23,513 nucleotides of DNA from a virus (IMGVR_UViG_2690315815_000002), one strand, 5' to 3'; positions 8,636 through 17,448 are shown, numbered from the stretch's first letter. Notes: a model not told the origin generated them from the sequence alone. Program-made: numbers and translations.

Positions 8636-10177
8636 ATGCCAACAGTTCCAATTTCTATGAGAAAACTTAAAGAAATTCTTAGGCTTAAATACGGTGTTGG
8701 ACTCAGCCATCGACAAATTGGTCGTAGTCTTGCAATCTCCCCTTCCGTTGTATCCAGATATGCTAATCGGGCGGCTCAACTTGGCATAAAGCAGTGGCCC
8801 TTACCTACAGGATGGGATGATACAAAACTAAAACATGCGTTCCTTCAGACCCAGGTTAAGATGAAGAAGCACTCTCTGCCTGACTGGGCTACAGTACACC
8901 GGGAACTGCGTAATAAATGCGTGACGCTGCAGCTACTCTGGGAAGAATACTGTGAGCGTAATCCAGGCGGTTTTTACAGCTATAACCATTACTGCCGGAT
9001 GTACCGTGAATGGCTCAAAACCACTTCACCATCAATGCGTCAGGTACATAAAGCTGGCGAAAAACTTTTCGTTGATTACTGTGGACCTACCGTTGGCGTT
9101 ACCGACCCTGAGACCGGAGAAATAAGAACTGCTCAGGTCATCGTAGCTGTTCTCGGGGCATCAAGTTACACATGGGCAGAGGCCACCTGGTCTCAGCAGC
9201 TTGAAGACTGGGTGATGAGTCATGTTCGCTGCTTCCAGTGGTTGGGTGGCGTTCCTGAACTTGTTGTTCCGGACAATCTGAAAAGCGCCACATCCAGGGC
9301 ATGTAAGTATGATCCTGACGTTAACCCTACCTACCAGCAGATGCTTGAGCATTATAATGTCGCAGTTTTGCCTGCGCGGCCACGTAAACCGAAAGATAAA
9401 GCCAAAGCTGAAGTTGGCGTTCAGGTTGTTGAACGCTGGATCATGGCCCGAATCAGGCATGAGATCTTCTACAGCCTTGCATCGCTTAATCAGCGCATTC
9501 GGGAGTTGCTGGAAAGACTGAATAACAAAATAATGCAGAAGTTGGGTTATTCACGTGCAGAACTCTTCATCCAGCTTGATAAACCCGCACTGAAGCCTCT
9601 TCCTGAAGCCAGTTACAGTTACACCCTGGTGAAGAAAGTCAGAGTTCATGCCGATTACCACGTGGAAATCGACAAACATTACTACTCGGTTCCATGTTCG
9701 CTGTTAGGCCAGCAACTGGAAGCATGGATCTCCGGAGAACTGGTAAGACTCTTCAATCAGGGGCAGGAGGTTGCTGTGCACCCGCGCAAGCGTACTTATG
9801 GCTACAGTACCCGCAACGAGCACATGCCTGAAGCTCATCGACAGCATGCCACCTGGACGCCAGAGCGTCTTCTGGAATGGGCGGGGCACATAGGCAGTGA
9901 AACTCATAGTTATGTGCTTCATATACTGAACTCTCGTCCACATCCGGAACAAAGCTATCGCTTCTGCCTTGGACTCCTGAACCTTCATAAAAAATACAGT
10001 AAAGCCAGACTTAATGCAGCATGTGCAAGAGCTCTGAAAACAAAGGTATGGCGTCTGTCAGGTATTAAATCGATCCTGGAAAAAGGTCTGGATAAACAAC
10101 CTGTTCAGGATCCAAAACCAGATCTGTTATCCACGATGGAACACGAAAACGTACGCGGCAGTGAGTATTACCACTGA
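8636..10177 (+). CDS. istA: IS21-family transposase IstA
   Basis: 513-aa ORF with the appearance of an IS21-family IstA (N-terminal HTH-like region then catalytic core); paired with an IstB-type ATPase. Confidence 0.85.
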   Translation: MPTVPISMRKLKEILRLKYGVGLSHRQIGRSLAISPSVVSRYANRAAQLGIKQWPLPTGWDDTKLKHAFLQTQVKMKKHSLPDWATVHRELRNKCVTLQLLWEEYCERNPGGFYSYNHYCRMYREWLKTTSPSMRQVHKAGEKLFVDYCGPTVGVTDPETGEIRTAQVIVAVLGASSYTWAEATWSQQLEDWVMSHVRCFQWLGGVPELVVPDNLKSATSRACKYDPDVNPTYQQMLEHYNVAVLPARPRKPKDKAKAEVGVQVVERWIMARIRHEIFYSLASLNQRIRELLERLNNKIMQKLGYSRAELFIQLDKPALKPLPEASYSYTLVKKVRVHADYHVEIDKHYYSVPCSLLGQQLEAWISGELVRLFNQGQEVAVHPRKRTYGYSTRNEHMPEAHRQHATWTPERLLEWAGHIGSETHSYVLHILNSRPHPEQSYRFCLGLLNLHKKYSKARLNAACARALKTKVWRLSGIKSILEKGLDKQPVQDPKPDLLSTMEHENVRGSEYYH

Positions 10178-10188
10178 TACGGGATCCA

Positions 10189-10938
10189 ATGATGAATCAT
10201 CTTTACGAACAACTGACCGCACTTAAACTCACCGGCTTCCGTGATGCGCTTAAAAAGCAACTTGCTCAACCGGGCACATACCAGGAGCTGGGCTTCGAAG
10301 AACGCCTGTCATTACTGACAGCAGAAGAACTAACCTGCCGTGAAAACAGGAAGGCAGAGCGTCTGATCAAACATGCACGGTTCAGACTTAATGCTGAGTT
10401 ATCAAAGCTGGATTATCGTAACAATAGAGGGCTGGACAGGGCCCTCATCCGTTCACTCAGTCAGGGAAACTGGTTAACCCTGAAACAAAATATTTTACTG
10501 ACCGGGGCCACCGGCAGCGGTAAAACGTTCCTGGCATGTGCACTTGGTCATAATGCCTGCCGACAGGGATACAAGGTCTACTATTATCGCCTTAAAGCGC
10601 TGATGGAACAGTGCTATCAGGGGCATGCTGATGGAAGATACAGCAAACTTTTGACCAGGCTGAATAATAGCGATCTGCTGCTTCTGGATGACTGGGGGCT
10701 GGAACCTCTCTCATCAGAACAGCGTAGCGACCTGCTGGAAATAGTGGATCTGATGTACCAACGAGGCTCAATCATCGTAGTGAGCCAGTTGCCGGTGGAA
10801 AACTGGTACAAAATGATCGGAGACTCCACACATGCGGATGCCATCCTAGATCGACTGGTTCATGGCAGTATCAAGATCGAACTTAAAGGAGAATCAATGC
10901 GGAAAATACAATCTCCGTTGACCGAAGGAGATCAGTGA
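10189..10938 (+). CDS. istB: IS21-family ATP-binding helper protein IstB
   Basis: 249-aa ORF with Walker A (GATGSGKT) and Walker B (LLLLDDWG) motifs, as in IstB/DnaC-like AAA+ proteins. Confidence 0.88.
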   Translation: MMNHLYEQLTALKLTGFRDALKKQLAQPGTYQELGFEERLSLLTAEELTCRENRKAERLIKHARFRLNAELSKLDYRNNRGLDRALIRSLSQGNWLTLKQNILLTGATGSGKTFLACALGHNACRQGYKVYYYRLKALMEQCYQGHADGRYSKLLTRLNNSDLLLLDDWGLEPLSSEQRSDLLEIVDLMYQRGSIIVVSQLPVENWYKMIGDSTHADAILDRLVHGSIKIELKGESMRKIQSPLTEGDQ

Positions 10939-11023
10939 AGGTAATTTAAAAACGGTTCTGTGAAAGTGACACGAACCGATCTCCATCGATGTTACTCACC
11001 GATCTCCTTCACGGTAATACGCA

Positions 11024-11028
11024 CCATT
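11024..11028. repeat. target site duplication CCATT (right copy)
   Basis: CCATT immediately outside the right IS terminus. Confidence 0.75.
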
Positions 11029-11200
11029 GTCAGGAGTCCTGAATAGTGATTAGAGGAGTCACATGTCGGCATCAGTTTCCCGACGATGCGCATCCTCCGC
11101 CATCAGTCCCGGATGGCTTATCACTGACACAACAGCACCTTAGCGAATCGCGGGGCGCGACTCAGTAGCCTTGCCGTGTATTCATCACGGCGAGGTATTC

Positions 11201-12973
11201 ATGACCATCACCACAGACACCACTCTTTTACACGACCCGCGTCGTCAGGCGGCGCTGCTGTACTGGCAGGGGTTTTCCGTGCCGCAGATTGCCGCCATGT
11301 TGCAGATGAAACGCCCGACGGTGCAGAGCTGGAAACAGCGCGACGGCTGGGACAGCGTTGCCCCCATCAGCCGTGTCGAAATGAGTCTGGAAGCGCGGCT
11401 GACCCAGCTCATTATCAAACCGCAGAAAACCGGCGGTGACTTCAAGGAAATTGACCTGCTCGGACGCCAGATTGAACGACTGGCACGGGTAAACCGCTAC
11501 AGCCAGACCGGCAACGAGGCAGACCTTAATCCGAACGTCGCTAACCGCAACAAAGGCGGGCGGCGCAAACCGAAAAAGAATTTTTTCAGTGACGAGGCTA
11601 TCGAAAAGCTGGAGCAGATTTTCTTTGAGCAGTCTTTCGACTATCAGTTGCACTGGTATCGCGCCGGGCTTGAGCACCGCATCCGCGATATCCTGAAATC
11701 CCGCCAGATTGGCGCGACATTTTATTTTTCCCGCGAGGCGCTGCTGCGCGCCCTGAAAACCGGTCATAACCAGATTTTTCTGTCGGCCAGTAAAACGCAG
11801 GCGTATGTGTTCCGTGAATACATCATCGCCTTTGCCCGTCTGGTTGACGTTGACCTGACCGGTGACCCGATTGTCCTGGGCAATAACGGCGCAAAACTGA
11901 TTTTTCTCGGCACCAACTCCAACACCGCACAGAGCCATAACGGTGACCTGTACGTCGACGAGATTTTCTGGATCCCAAATTTTCAGGTTCTGCGTAAGGT
12001 GGCATCAGGTATGGCCTCACAGAGTCACCTGCGCTCGACCTATTTCTCCACCCCGTCCACACTGGCGCACGACGCCTACCCGTTCTGGTCGGGTGAACTG
12101 TTCAACCGGGGACGCGCCAGCGCCGCCGAACGTGTGGAAATCGACGTCAGTCATAACGCCCTTGCCGGTGGGCTTCTCTGTGCGGACGGCCAGTGGCGGC
12201 AGATTGTCACCATTGAGGACGCCCTGAAAGGTGGCTGCACACTGTTCGACATTGAGCAGCTCAAACGCGAAAACAGCGCCGACGATTTTAAAAACCTGTT
12301 CATGTGTGAATTTGTTGACGACAAGGCATCGGTGTTCCCGTTCGAGGAGCTGCAACGCTGCATGGTCGACACGCTGGAAGAATGGGAAGACTATGCACCG
12401 TTTGCCGCCAATCCGTTCGGCTCCCGCCCGGTATGGATTGGTTACGACCCGTCACACCGTGGCGACAGCGCCGGATGCGTGGTGCTGGCACCGCCGGTGG
12501 TGGCCGGTGGCAAATTCAGGATACTTGAGCGTCACCAGTGGAAAGGCATGGACTTTGCCACCCAGGCTGAATCCATCCGCAAACTCACCGAAAAATATAA
12601 CGTCGAATACATCGGTATTGATGCCACCGGCCTCGGTGTCGGCGTGTTCCAGCTCGTGCGCTCGTTCTATCCCGCCGCGCGCGATATCCGCTACACACCG
12701 GAAATGAAAACCGCAATGGTGCTCAAGGCAAAAGACGTTATCCGCCGTGGCTGTCTGGAATATGACGTCAGCGCCACCGACATCACCAGCTCGTTTATGG
12801 CTATCCGCAAGACCATGACCAGCAGCGGACGCAGCGCCACCTATGAGGCCAGTCGCAGCGAGGAAGCCAGCCACGCCGACCTCGCCTGGGCGACCATGCA
12901 CGCCCTGTTAAATGAGCCACTCACCGCCGGTATCAGCACCCCGCTGACATCCACCATTCTGGAGTTTTACTGA
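11201..12973 (+). CDS. P: terminase ATPase (large) subunit P (gpP)
   Basis: Start at MTITTDTTLLHDPRRQAALLYWQGF within ORF 11171..12973; 590 aa, recognisable as P2 gpP. Confidence 0.92.
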   Translation: MTITTDTTLLHDPRRQAALLYWQGFSVPQIAAMLQMKRPTVQSWKQRDGWDSVAPISRVEMSLEARLTQLIIKPQKTGGDFKEIDLLGRQIERLARVNRYSQTGNEADLNPNVANRNKGGRRKPKKNFFSDEAIEKLEQIFFEQSFDYQLHWYRAGLEHRIRDILKSRQIGATFYFSREALLRALKTGHNQIFLSASKTQAYVFREYIIAFARLVDVDLTGDPIVLGNNGAKLIFLGTNSNTAQSHNGDLYVDEIFWIPNFQVLRKVASGMASQSHLRSTYFSTPSTLAHDAYPFWSGELFNRGRASAAERVEIDVSHNALAGGLLCADGQWRQIVTIEDALKGGCTLFDIEQLKRENSADDFKNLFMCEFVDDKASVFPFEELQRCMVDTLEEWEDYAPFAANPFGSRPVWIGYDPSHRGDSAGCVVLAPPVVAGGKFRILERHQWKGMDFATQAESIRKLTEKYNVEYIGIDATGLGVGVFQLVRSFYPAARDIRYTPEMKTAMVLKAKDVIRRGCLEYDVSATDITSSFMAIRKTMTSSGRSATYEASRSEEASHADLAWATMHALLNEPLTAGISTPLTSTILEFY

Positions 12974-14007
12974 TGAGCAAGAAAAAAGGGAAAACACCGC
13001 AACCTGCGGTGAAAACAATGACCGCCAGCGCCCCGAAAATGGAGGCATTCACCTTTGGTGAGCCGGTGCCGGTACTCGACCGCCGTGACATTCTGGATTA
13101 CGTCGAGTGCATCAGTAACGGCAGATGGTATGAGCCACCGGTCAGCTTTACCGGTCTGGCAAAAAGCCTGCGTGCTGCCGTACATCACAGCTCACCGATT
13201 TACGTCAAACGTAATATTCTGGCTTCAACGTTTATTCCGCACCCGTGGCTTTCCCAGCAGGATTTCAGCCGCTTTGTGCTGGATTTTCTGGTGTTCGGTA
13301 ATGCGTTTCTGGAAAAGCGTTACAGCACCACCGGTAAGGTTATCAGGCTGGAAACCTCACCGGCAAAATATACCCGCCGTGGCGTGGAGGAGGATGTTTA
13401 CTGGTGGGTGCCGTCCTTCAACGAGCCGACAGCCTTCGCGTCCGGCTCCGTGTTTCACCTGCTGGAGCCGGATATTAATCAGGAGCTGTACGGCCTGCCG
13501 GAATATCTCAGCGCCCTTAACTCTGCCTGGCTGAATGAGTCGGCCACGCTGTTCCGCCGCAAGTATTACGAAAATGGCGCACATGCTGGATACATCATGT
13601 ACGTCACCGATGCCGTGCAGGATCGCAACGATATCGAAATGCTTCGCGAAAACATGGTGAAGTCGAAAGGCCGCAATAACTTTAAAAATCTGTTTCTCTA
13701 TGCCCCACAGGGGAAAGCCGACGGCATTAAAATTATCCCCCTCAGTGAAGTGGCGACGAAGGACGATTTTTTTAATATCAAAAAAGCCAGCGCCGCTGAC
13801 CTGCTGGACGCGCACCGCATCCCCTTTCAGTTGATGGGTGGCAAGCCGGAGAACGTCGGGTCGCTGGGTGATATTGAGAAAGTGGCAAAGGTCTTTGTCC
13901 GCAATGAGCTTATCCCGTTACAGGACAGGATCCGCGAGATAAACGACTGGCTCGGTCAGGAGGTCATCCGCTTTAAAAACTACTCACTTGACACTGACAA
14001 CGGCTGA
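12973..14007 (+). CDS. Q: portal protein Q (gpQ)
   Basis: 344-aa ORF recognisable as P2 gpQ; ATG overlaps the P stop (TGATG). Confidence 0.92.
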   Translation: MSKKKGKTPQPAVKTMTASAPKMEAFTFGEPVPVLDRRDILDYVECISNGRWYEPPVSFTGLAKSLRAAVHHSSPIYVKRNILASTFIPHPWLSQQDFSRFVLDFLVFGNAFLEKRYSTTGKVIRLETSPAKYTRRGVEEDVYWWVPSFNEPTAFASGSVFHLLEPDINQELYGLPEYLSALNSAWLNESATLFRRKYYENGAHAGYIMYVTDAVQDRNDIEMLRENMVKSKGRNNFKNLFLYAPQGKADGIKIIPLSEVATKDDFFNIKKASAADLLDAHRIPFQLMGGKPENVGSLGDIEKVAKVFVRNELIPLQDRIREINDWLGQEVIRFKNYSLDTDNG

Positions 14008-14012
14008 ACATC

Positions 14013-14034
14013 GCCGCCTGCGGGCGGCTTTTTT
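14013..14034 (+). terminator. rho-independent terminator downstream of Q
   Basis: GCCGCC-TGCG-GGCGGC hairpin followed by TTTTTT. Confidence 0.7.
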
Positions 14035-14168
14035 ACATCCCGTCATCACGCCCTCACCACCGCACAAAACACCCCGCAGACACACCAACGCCCCAGCAGG
14101 CCGACTAAATGCCATCACGACGCGCTGAGACGCTGAAAAAATAAAATCAGCACCACCGCCAGCGCGCA

Positions 14169-14187
14169 GTGCTTTCCCCGCCTCGCC
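14169..14187 (-). other. cos site (19-nt cohesive end) of the P2-like phage
   Basis: GTGCTTTCCCCGCCTCGCC is the exact reverse complement of the P2 cohesive end GGCGAGGCGGGGAAAGCAC as I recall it; correct position just beyond Q. Confidence 0.8.
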
Positions 14188-14379
14188 CGCCCGCTTCATG
14201 GGGCGGTTTTAATGCAGTTGCATAGATACTATGGATCCGCACCAGTCCTGACCGCACGCAGCCTGAACGGACATCCCCGACGCATGCAAAAACATTCACT
14301 TGTTGCATGCAACGGCTTATTTAATGACAAATCAACTTAAATTTACAAAATCCACAGGTATGGATACTTTGCGAACATG

Positions 14380-14411
14380 ATAGGCTTACGAGAATTATCG
14401 AGCCTATTTTT
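14380..14411 (+). terminator. hairpin plus T-run immediately upstream of the RBS of the 313-aa gene
   Basis: ATAGGCT (14380-14386) pairs with AGCCTAT (14401-14407), 14-nt loop, then TTTTT; GGAG RBS at 14415-14418. Confidence 0.3.
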
Positions 14412-14425
14412 GACCGGAGCAATGT

Positions 14426-15367
14426 ATGCAAGGTAAAGTTGACGAACAGCAATCCAATGATATTGAAGCTGAGTTTGGATACTATCCAGTAGAAGTTAAC
14501 GTTGAAACTGATGATTTTTCTTTACTTACTTTACCCGGTCTAGCGGAAAAAACAAATCTTATAAACAATCACAGAAATGTTATTAACGGTTGGATATACC
14601 CAGGAAACCAAGAAGTATATAACCTCAATGGAGGCATATCCACAATGCCTTTTAGCCAACGAGTATTTGGCTTACCCAAAACACACTCACTAAAATTAAA
14701 AAATACATCTTCACTAGAAACTCTCAATTTTGCTGTGTGGTGTCTGTCTTTTTTCAAAGGGATAAGATTAACAACTACTGATGCCGGTTTTTTAGACGCA
14801 ACCCCAATAAAACCCAGCAAATTAACTGACTTTATTCTGGTCAAGTGCTCTGAAAAAGAGGTTATAGAATTAGCACTCAAATACATGTCTAGCGAGACAA
14901 AAACCAAACACGCACCAATAAATATAGCAGCAATAGTGCATGCACTATTTTTATCCCAAAACCCACAATACCTTAGCTTCGAAAAATTCCAGTATCTTTA
15001 TATGGCACTGGATAGTTGCTTTGCTTTAACATGGGCAGAAAAGAACAAGTGTACAGAAAAGACTCTAAATCACTCCAGGCGCTTGAAGTGGATCTGCAAA
15101 ACTTATGGAATACCACGACCATCATGGGTTACAGGCAAAAAAAACATTACAAACATCCGCAATGAAAACTTTCATGAAGCTATGTTTCATGGTCAACCAC
15201 TTGGCTTTACCACTATTAACAATTATCAATATGGAGATGACATATTACAACAAATGCAGGCTTTAATTTGCCGATTACTCGTTGCGATTCTTGGTGTTAA
15301 CGCCCCCGATTACATCACATCGAACGTGAACTCTCGTGAATATCATTCACTAACATTAAAAATATAA
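14426..15367 (+). CDS. hypothetical protein, 313 aa, AT-rich, with C-terminal R-x4-H motif (possible HEPN-like nuclease)
   Basis: Complete ORF with GGAG RBS 7 nt upstream; motif R245-NENF-H250 (IRNENFHEAMFHG) at nt 15158-15175; no resemblance to P2 core genes. Confidence 0.6.
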   Translation: MQGKVDEQQSNDIEAEFGYYPVEVNVETDDFSLLTLPGLAEKTNLINNHRNVINGWIYPGNQEVYNLNGGISTMPFSQRVFGLPKTHSLKLKNTSSLETLNFAVWCLSFFKGIRLTTTDAGFLDATPIKPSKLTDFILVKCSEKEVIELALKYMSSETKTKHAPINIAAIVHALFLSQNPQYLSFEKFQYLYMALDSCFALTWAEKNKCTEKTLNHSRRLKWICKTYGIPRPSWVTGKKNITNIRNENFHEAMFHGQPLGFTTINNYQYGDDILQQMQALICRLLVAILGVNAPDYITSNVNSREYHSLTLKI

Positions 15368-15382
15368 AACGACTAAAAATAC

Positions 15383-15408
15383 TCTCCAGTAACAATAAGT
15401 ACTGGAGA
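15383..15408. terminator. hairpin between the convergent 313-aa gene and the membrane-protein gene
   Basis: TCTCCAGTA / TACTGGAGA 9-bp stem with 8-nt loop; T-run follows on the minus strand. Confidence 0.4.
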
Positions 15409-15449
15409 TGTATTATCACTAAAACCAATAAAAAATCACAACTAATGCT

Positions 15450-16049
15450 TTACTTAGATAGTTTGTCTTTAATTATATTCAGAACACCAATTATTAATTC
15501 ACTGATTGGCGTGGCCAACTCAATAGTATTAGATGTCGACTTTGTTCTAAAGTCTTTATCTGTCGGGTGTTGAAATGCTGATTTAAGAAGAGTCAAAAGC
15601 AAAGTTAAACCCACACCAAGGATGAATGCAACAATAGCTATTAGAGAACTGGCCGATAACCAATCGGTGGATAAACCAGAAATAGATTTTCTAACTTTAT
15701 TAGTGTCTGAAGATGGTGTTATCCTCTCATCAGCCATCTTCGGATCCGAAGATAAAGCAGAACATTTTTCTGCTGAAACACAAGTTTGTGTATCTACTTT
15801 TTGTGTTATCGCTGCGGCAATACTGCTTTTCGCTTCCAGCAAGCCATTTCCAACAGCCAAAGCAAAGTTAAGCCCCTGCCATAGAAATGTACAAGCAAAA
15901 CAAAGCACAACGGCAGAGAGCACTAATCGCATACTTCTACGCTCTATACCATCCCGTCTATCTCGCCTTATAAGGATATCAGGATCTGAATCGCCCTTAG
16001 GAGTGGTTCCTTGCTCTGGGGACTGTCCAGATAAATCAATATCAGCCAT
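15450..16049 (-). CDS. hypothetical 2-TM membrane protein (199 aa from the first ATG; 160 aa if the internal ATG at 15932 is used)
   Basis: Two hydrophobic helices (LVLSAVVLCFACTFLWQGLNFALAV and LIAIVAFILGVGLTLLLTLL) separated by a Ser/Ala-rich linker; co-directional with and downstream of the peptidase gene. Confidence 0.5.
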   Translation of the reverse strand: MADIDLSGQSPEQGTTPKGDSDPDILIRRDRRDGIERRSMRLVLSAVVLCFACTFLWQGLNFALAVGNGLLEAKSSIAAAITQKVDTQTCVSAEKCSALSSDPKMADERITPSSDTNKVRKSISGLSTDWLSASSLIAIVAFILGVGLTLLLTLLKSAFQHPTDKDFRTKSTSNTIELATPISELIIGVLNIIKDKLSK

Positions 16050-16090
16050 AAAAAAATCACCCTTACATGTACAAACGTAAAGGTGATTTT
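16050..16090 (-). terminator. intrinsic terminator between peptidase and membrane-protein genes, directly abutting the downstream ATG
   Basis: On the minus strand: UCACCUUUAC / GUAAGGGUGA 10-bp stem (one G-U pair), 10-nt loop, then seven U, followed immediately by the ATG at 16049; the 3' arm contains the only SD-like sequence (AAGGGUG). Confidence 0.6.
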
Positions 16091-16115
16091 AAACAGGTTA
16101 AAAGTTAAAGGCTAA

Positions 16116-16601
16116 TTAATAAGCCATTCCTAAGCTCTTTAAGCGCCAATGCATAGCGGCTTCTGATACATTAAAGATGCTTGCTAATCTCAAAGTGCTA
16201 TCAATACCTTCTCTGGATACCAATTGACGTATAGCAGACTCAGGCATTAACAACTCAGCAGCAAACTTGTTTGCTTCAACCTCACGGTAATCACGAGCAC
16301 CTGTTGAATAATTCCCGACATTATCCCGATGGTACTCTCCGTCCTGGGTATGCCCCAGCACATGATGACCTAACTCGTGTGCAACAGTAAAACGTTGACG
16401 ATTAGAATGTTCACTAGAATCAAAATAAATCCTATGGACACCCTTTTTGATGACAGCCAGACCGCTTAACCCATCGTTGTTATAAGCCGATTCCTCAAGT
16501 GCTTCAACACGAGCACCCCACGCTTTAGCAAGCTTAAACGGATCGACAGGTAGTCGGCGATCCCAATAGCGGTCAAGCAGTTTTTTAGCTGCATAGCTCA
16601 T
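16116..16601 (-). CDS. ImmA/IrrE-family (M78) zinc metallopeptidase, 161 aa, with no adjacent HTH partner
   Basis: HEXXH motif HELGHHVLGH and the downstream EANKFAAELLMP signature typical of ImmA/IrrE peptidases; strong SD AGGAGG 5 nt upstream of the ATG. Confidence 0.8.
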   Translation of the reverse strand: MSYAAKKLLDRYWDRRLPVDPFKLAKAWGARVEALEESAYNNDGLSGLAVIKKGVHRIYFDSSEHSNRQRFTVAHELGHHVLGHTQDGEYHRDNVGNYSTGARDYREVEANKFAAELLMPESAIRQLVSREGIDSTLRLASIFNVSEAAMHWRLKSLGMAY

Positions 16602-16637
16602 GGTTGCCTCCTACGTTAAAAAAGTTAAGTATGCACA

Positions 16638-16666
16638 GCCATATCACAGTTGTTATTTTATGTCAA
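16638..16666 (-). promoter_or_regulatory. putative sigma70 promoter for the peptidase gene
   Basis: On the minus strand: perfect -35 TTGACA (16661-16666), 17-nt spacer, weak -10 TATGGC (16638-16643), about 35 nt upstream of the ATG. Confidence 0.35.
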
Positions 16667-17322
16667 GGCTGTTTTTCAGCCATTACTATAACACTAATCC
16701 ACGTTTTCCCATAACATTTTCGACATCATATATGCATTCCGTTCTGCATATAGAGCTTATCTTTGCTGATAACACGAGATGAATACGCGCAACCAGTCCA
16801 CGATTTATAAAAAACCTTATAAATCAGAATATTGAGTTAAAAAAACACTAACTACTTGCGCAGCGCGTTGTTAAACCTCAGCGACACTAAAAGAAAATTT
16901 CAGAGTCACCGAAGTTTCCACAGAAAACGCAACTTAATGATTTTATTGGAATTTATGTCGCTATTTTTAATTACTTGTTTAAATCCGCCATATTGAAACT
17001 GTGCATTTCTAGCCACTCACAACTTTAAAAAATTTACATTGCTTTCAAGACCTTATCATCCGTAGTCTCTGCTTTTTACTTTGAGCTATATCAAAAAAAG
17101 CTCAAACATCCTTGATGCAAAACCAGTATTACACAACATAAAATGCAACCAGAAACAACGACATACTATATGTTGTGTTGTTCAGGTCCTCTGTTCGGTG
17201 ATATGCCAGATCACTTTGCGTTTAAACAGAGCATTATTTCAGGGCAAGACTTCGCTCAATAGTCACTCCGCCTTAGAAGCGCATATATCGGCGGAAATTG
17301 CCCTCTGCTTACAGGAGGCGAT

Positions 17323-17436
17323 ATGAAGAAGTGCTATTACTGCATTCTCGTTCTGGCCCTCTTTGGCTATCCATATGGTAGTCCGAGTGGTTTGTCAGTA
17401 AACGTCAGTAATATCCATGTAAGTATTTTTCTTTAG
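17323..17436 (+). CDS. small hydrophobic peptide, 37 aa (MKKCYYCILVLALFGYPYGSPSGLSVNVSNIHVSIFL)
   Basis: SD AGGAGG at 17313-17318, ATG at 17323, stop at 17434-17436, terminator 12 nt downstream. Confidence 0.4.
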   Translation: MKKCYYCILVLALFGYPYGSPSGLSVNVSNIHVSIFL

Positions 17437-17448
17437 TATGCTTCAAAC

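Larger units (their letters stand above)
8443..11023 (+). mobile_element. IS21-family insertion sequence (istA-istB), 2581 bp
   Basis: Termini TGCGTATT (8443-8450) and AATACGCA (11016-11023) are perfect inverted repeats, followed inward by multiple GGAGATC-containing repeats at both ends; flanked by 5-bp direct repeat CCATT; carries istA and istB. Confidence 0.85.

Noticed and set aside
11228-11938. 236-aa ORF on the minus strand
   Set aside because: Lies entirely antisense within terminase gene P, which is confidently assigned; a long antisense ORF is common in coding DNA of this composition.
15622-16080. 152-aa plus-strand ORF overlapping the 2-TM membrane-protein gene
   Set aside because: Antisense to the minus-strand ORF that is co-directional with the peptidase; its end runs through the terminator hairpin and its start has no usable SD spacing. 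Kept as a caveat: in AT-rich DNA the strand choice is not certain.
17081-17326. 81-aa plus-strand ORF in the AT-rich spacer
   Set aside because: No RBS and a low-complexity Cys/Gln-rich translation; likely a chance ORF. The adjacent 37-aa ORF with a strong SD was called instead.
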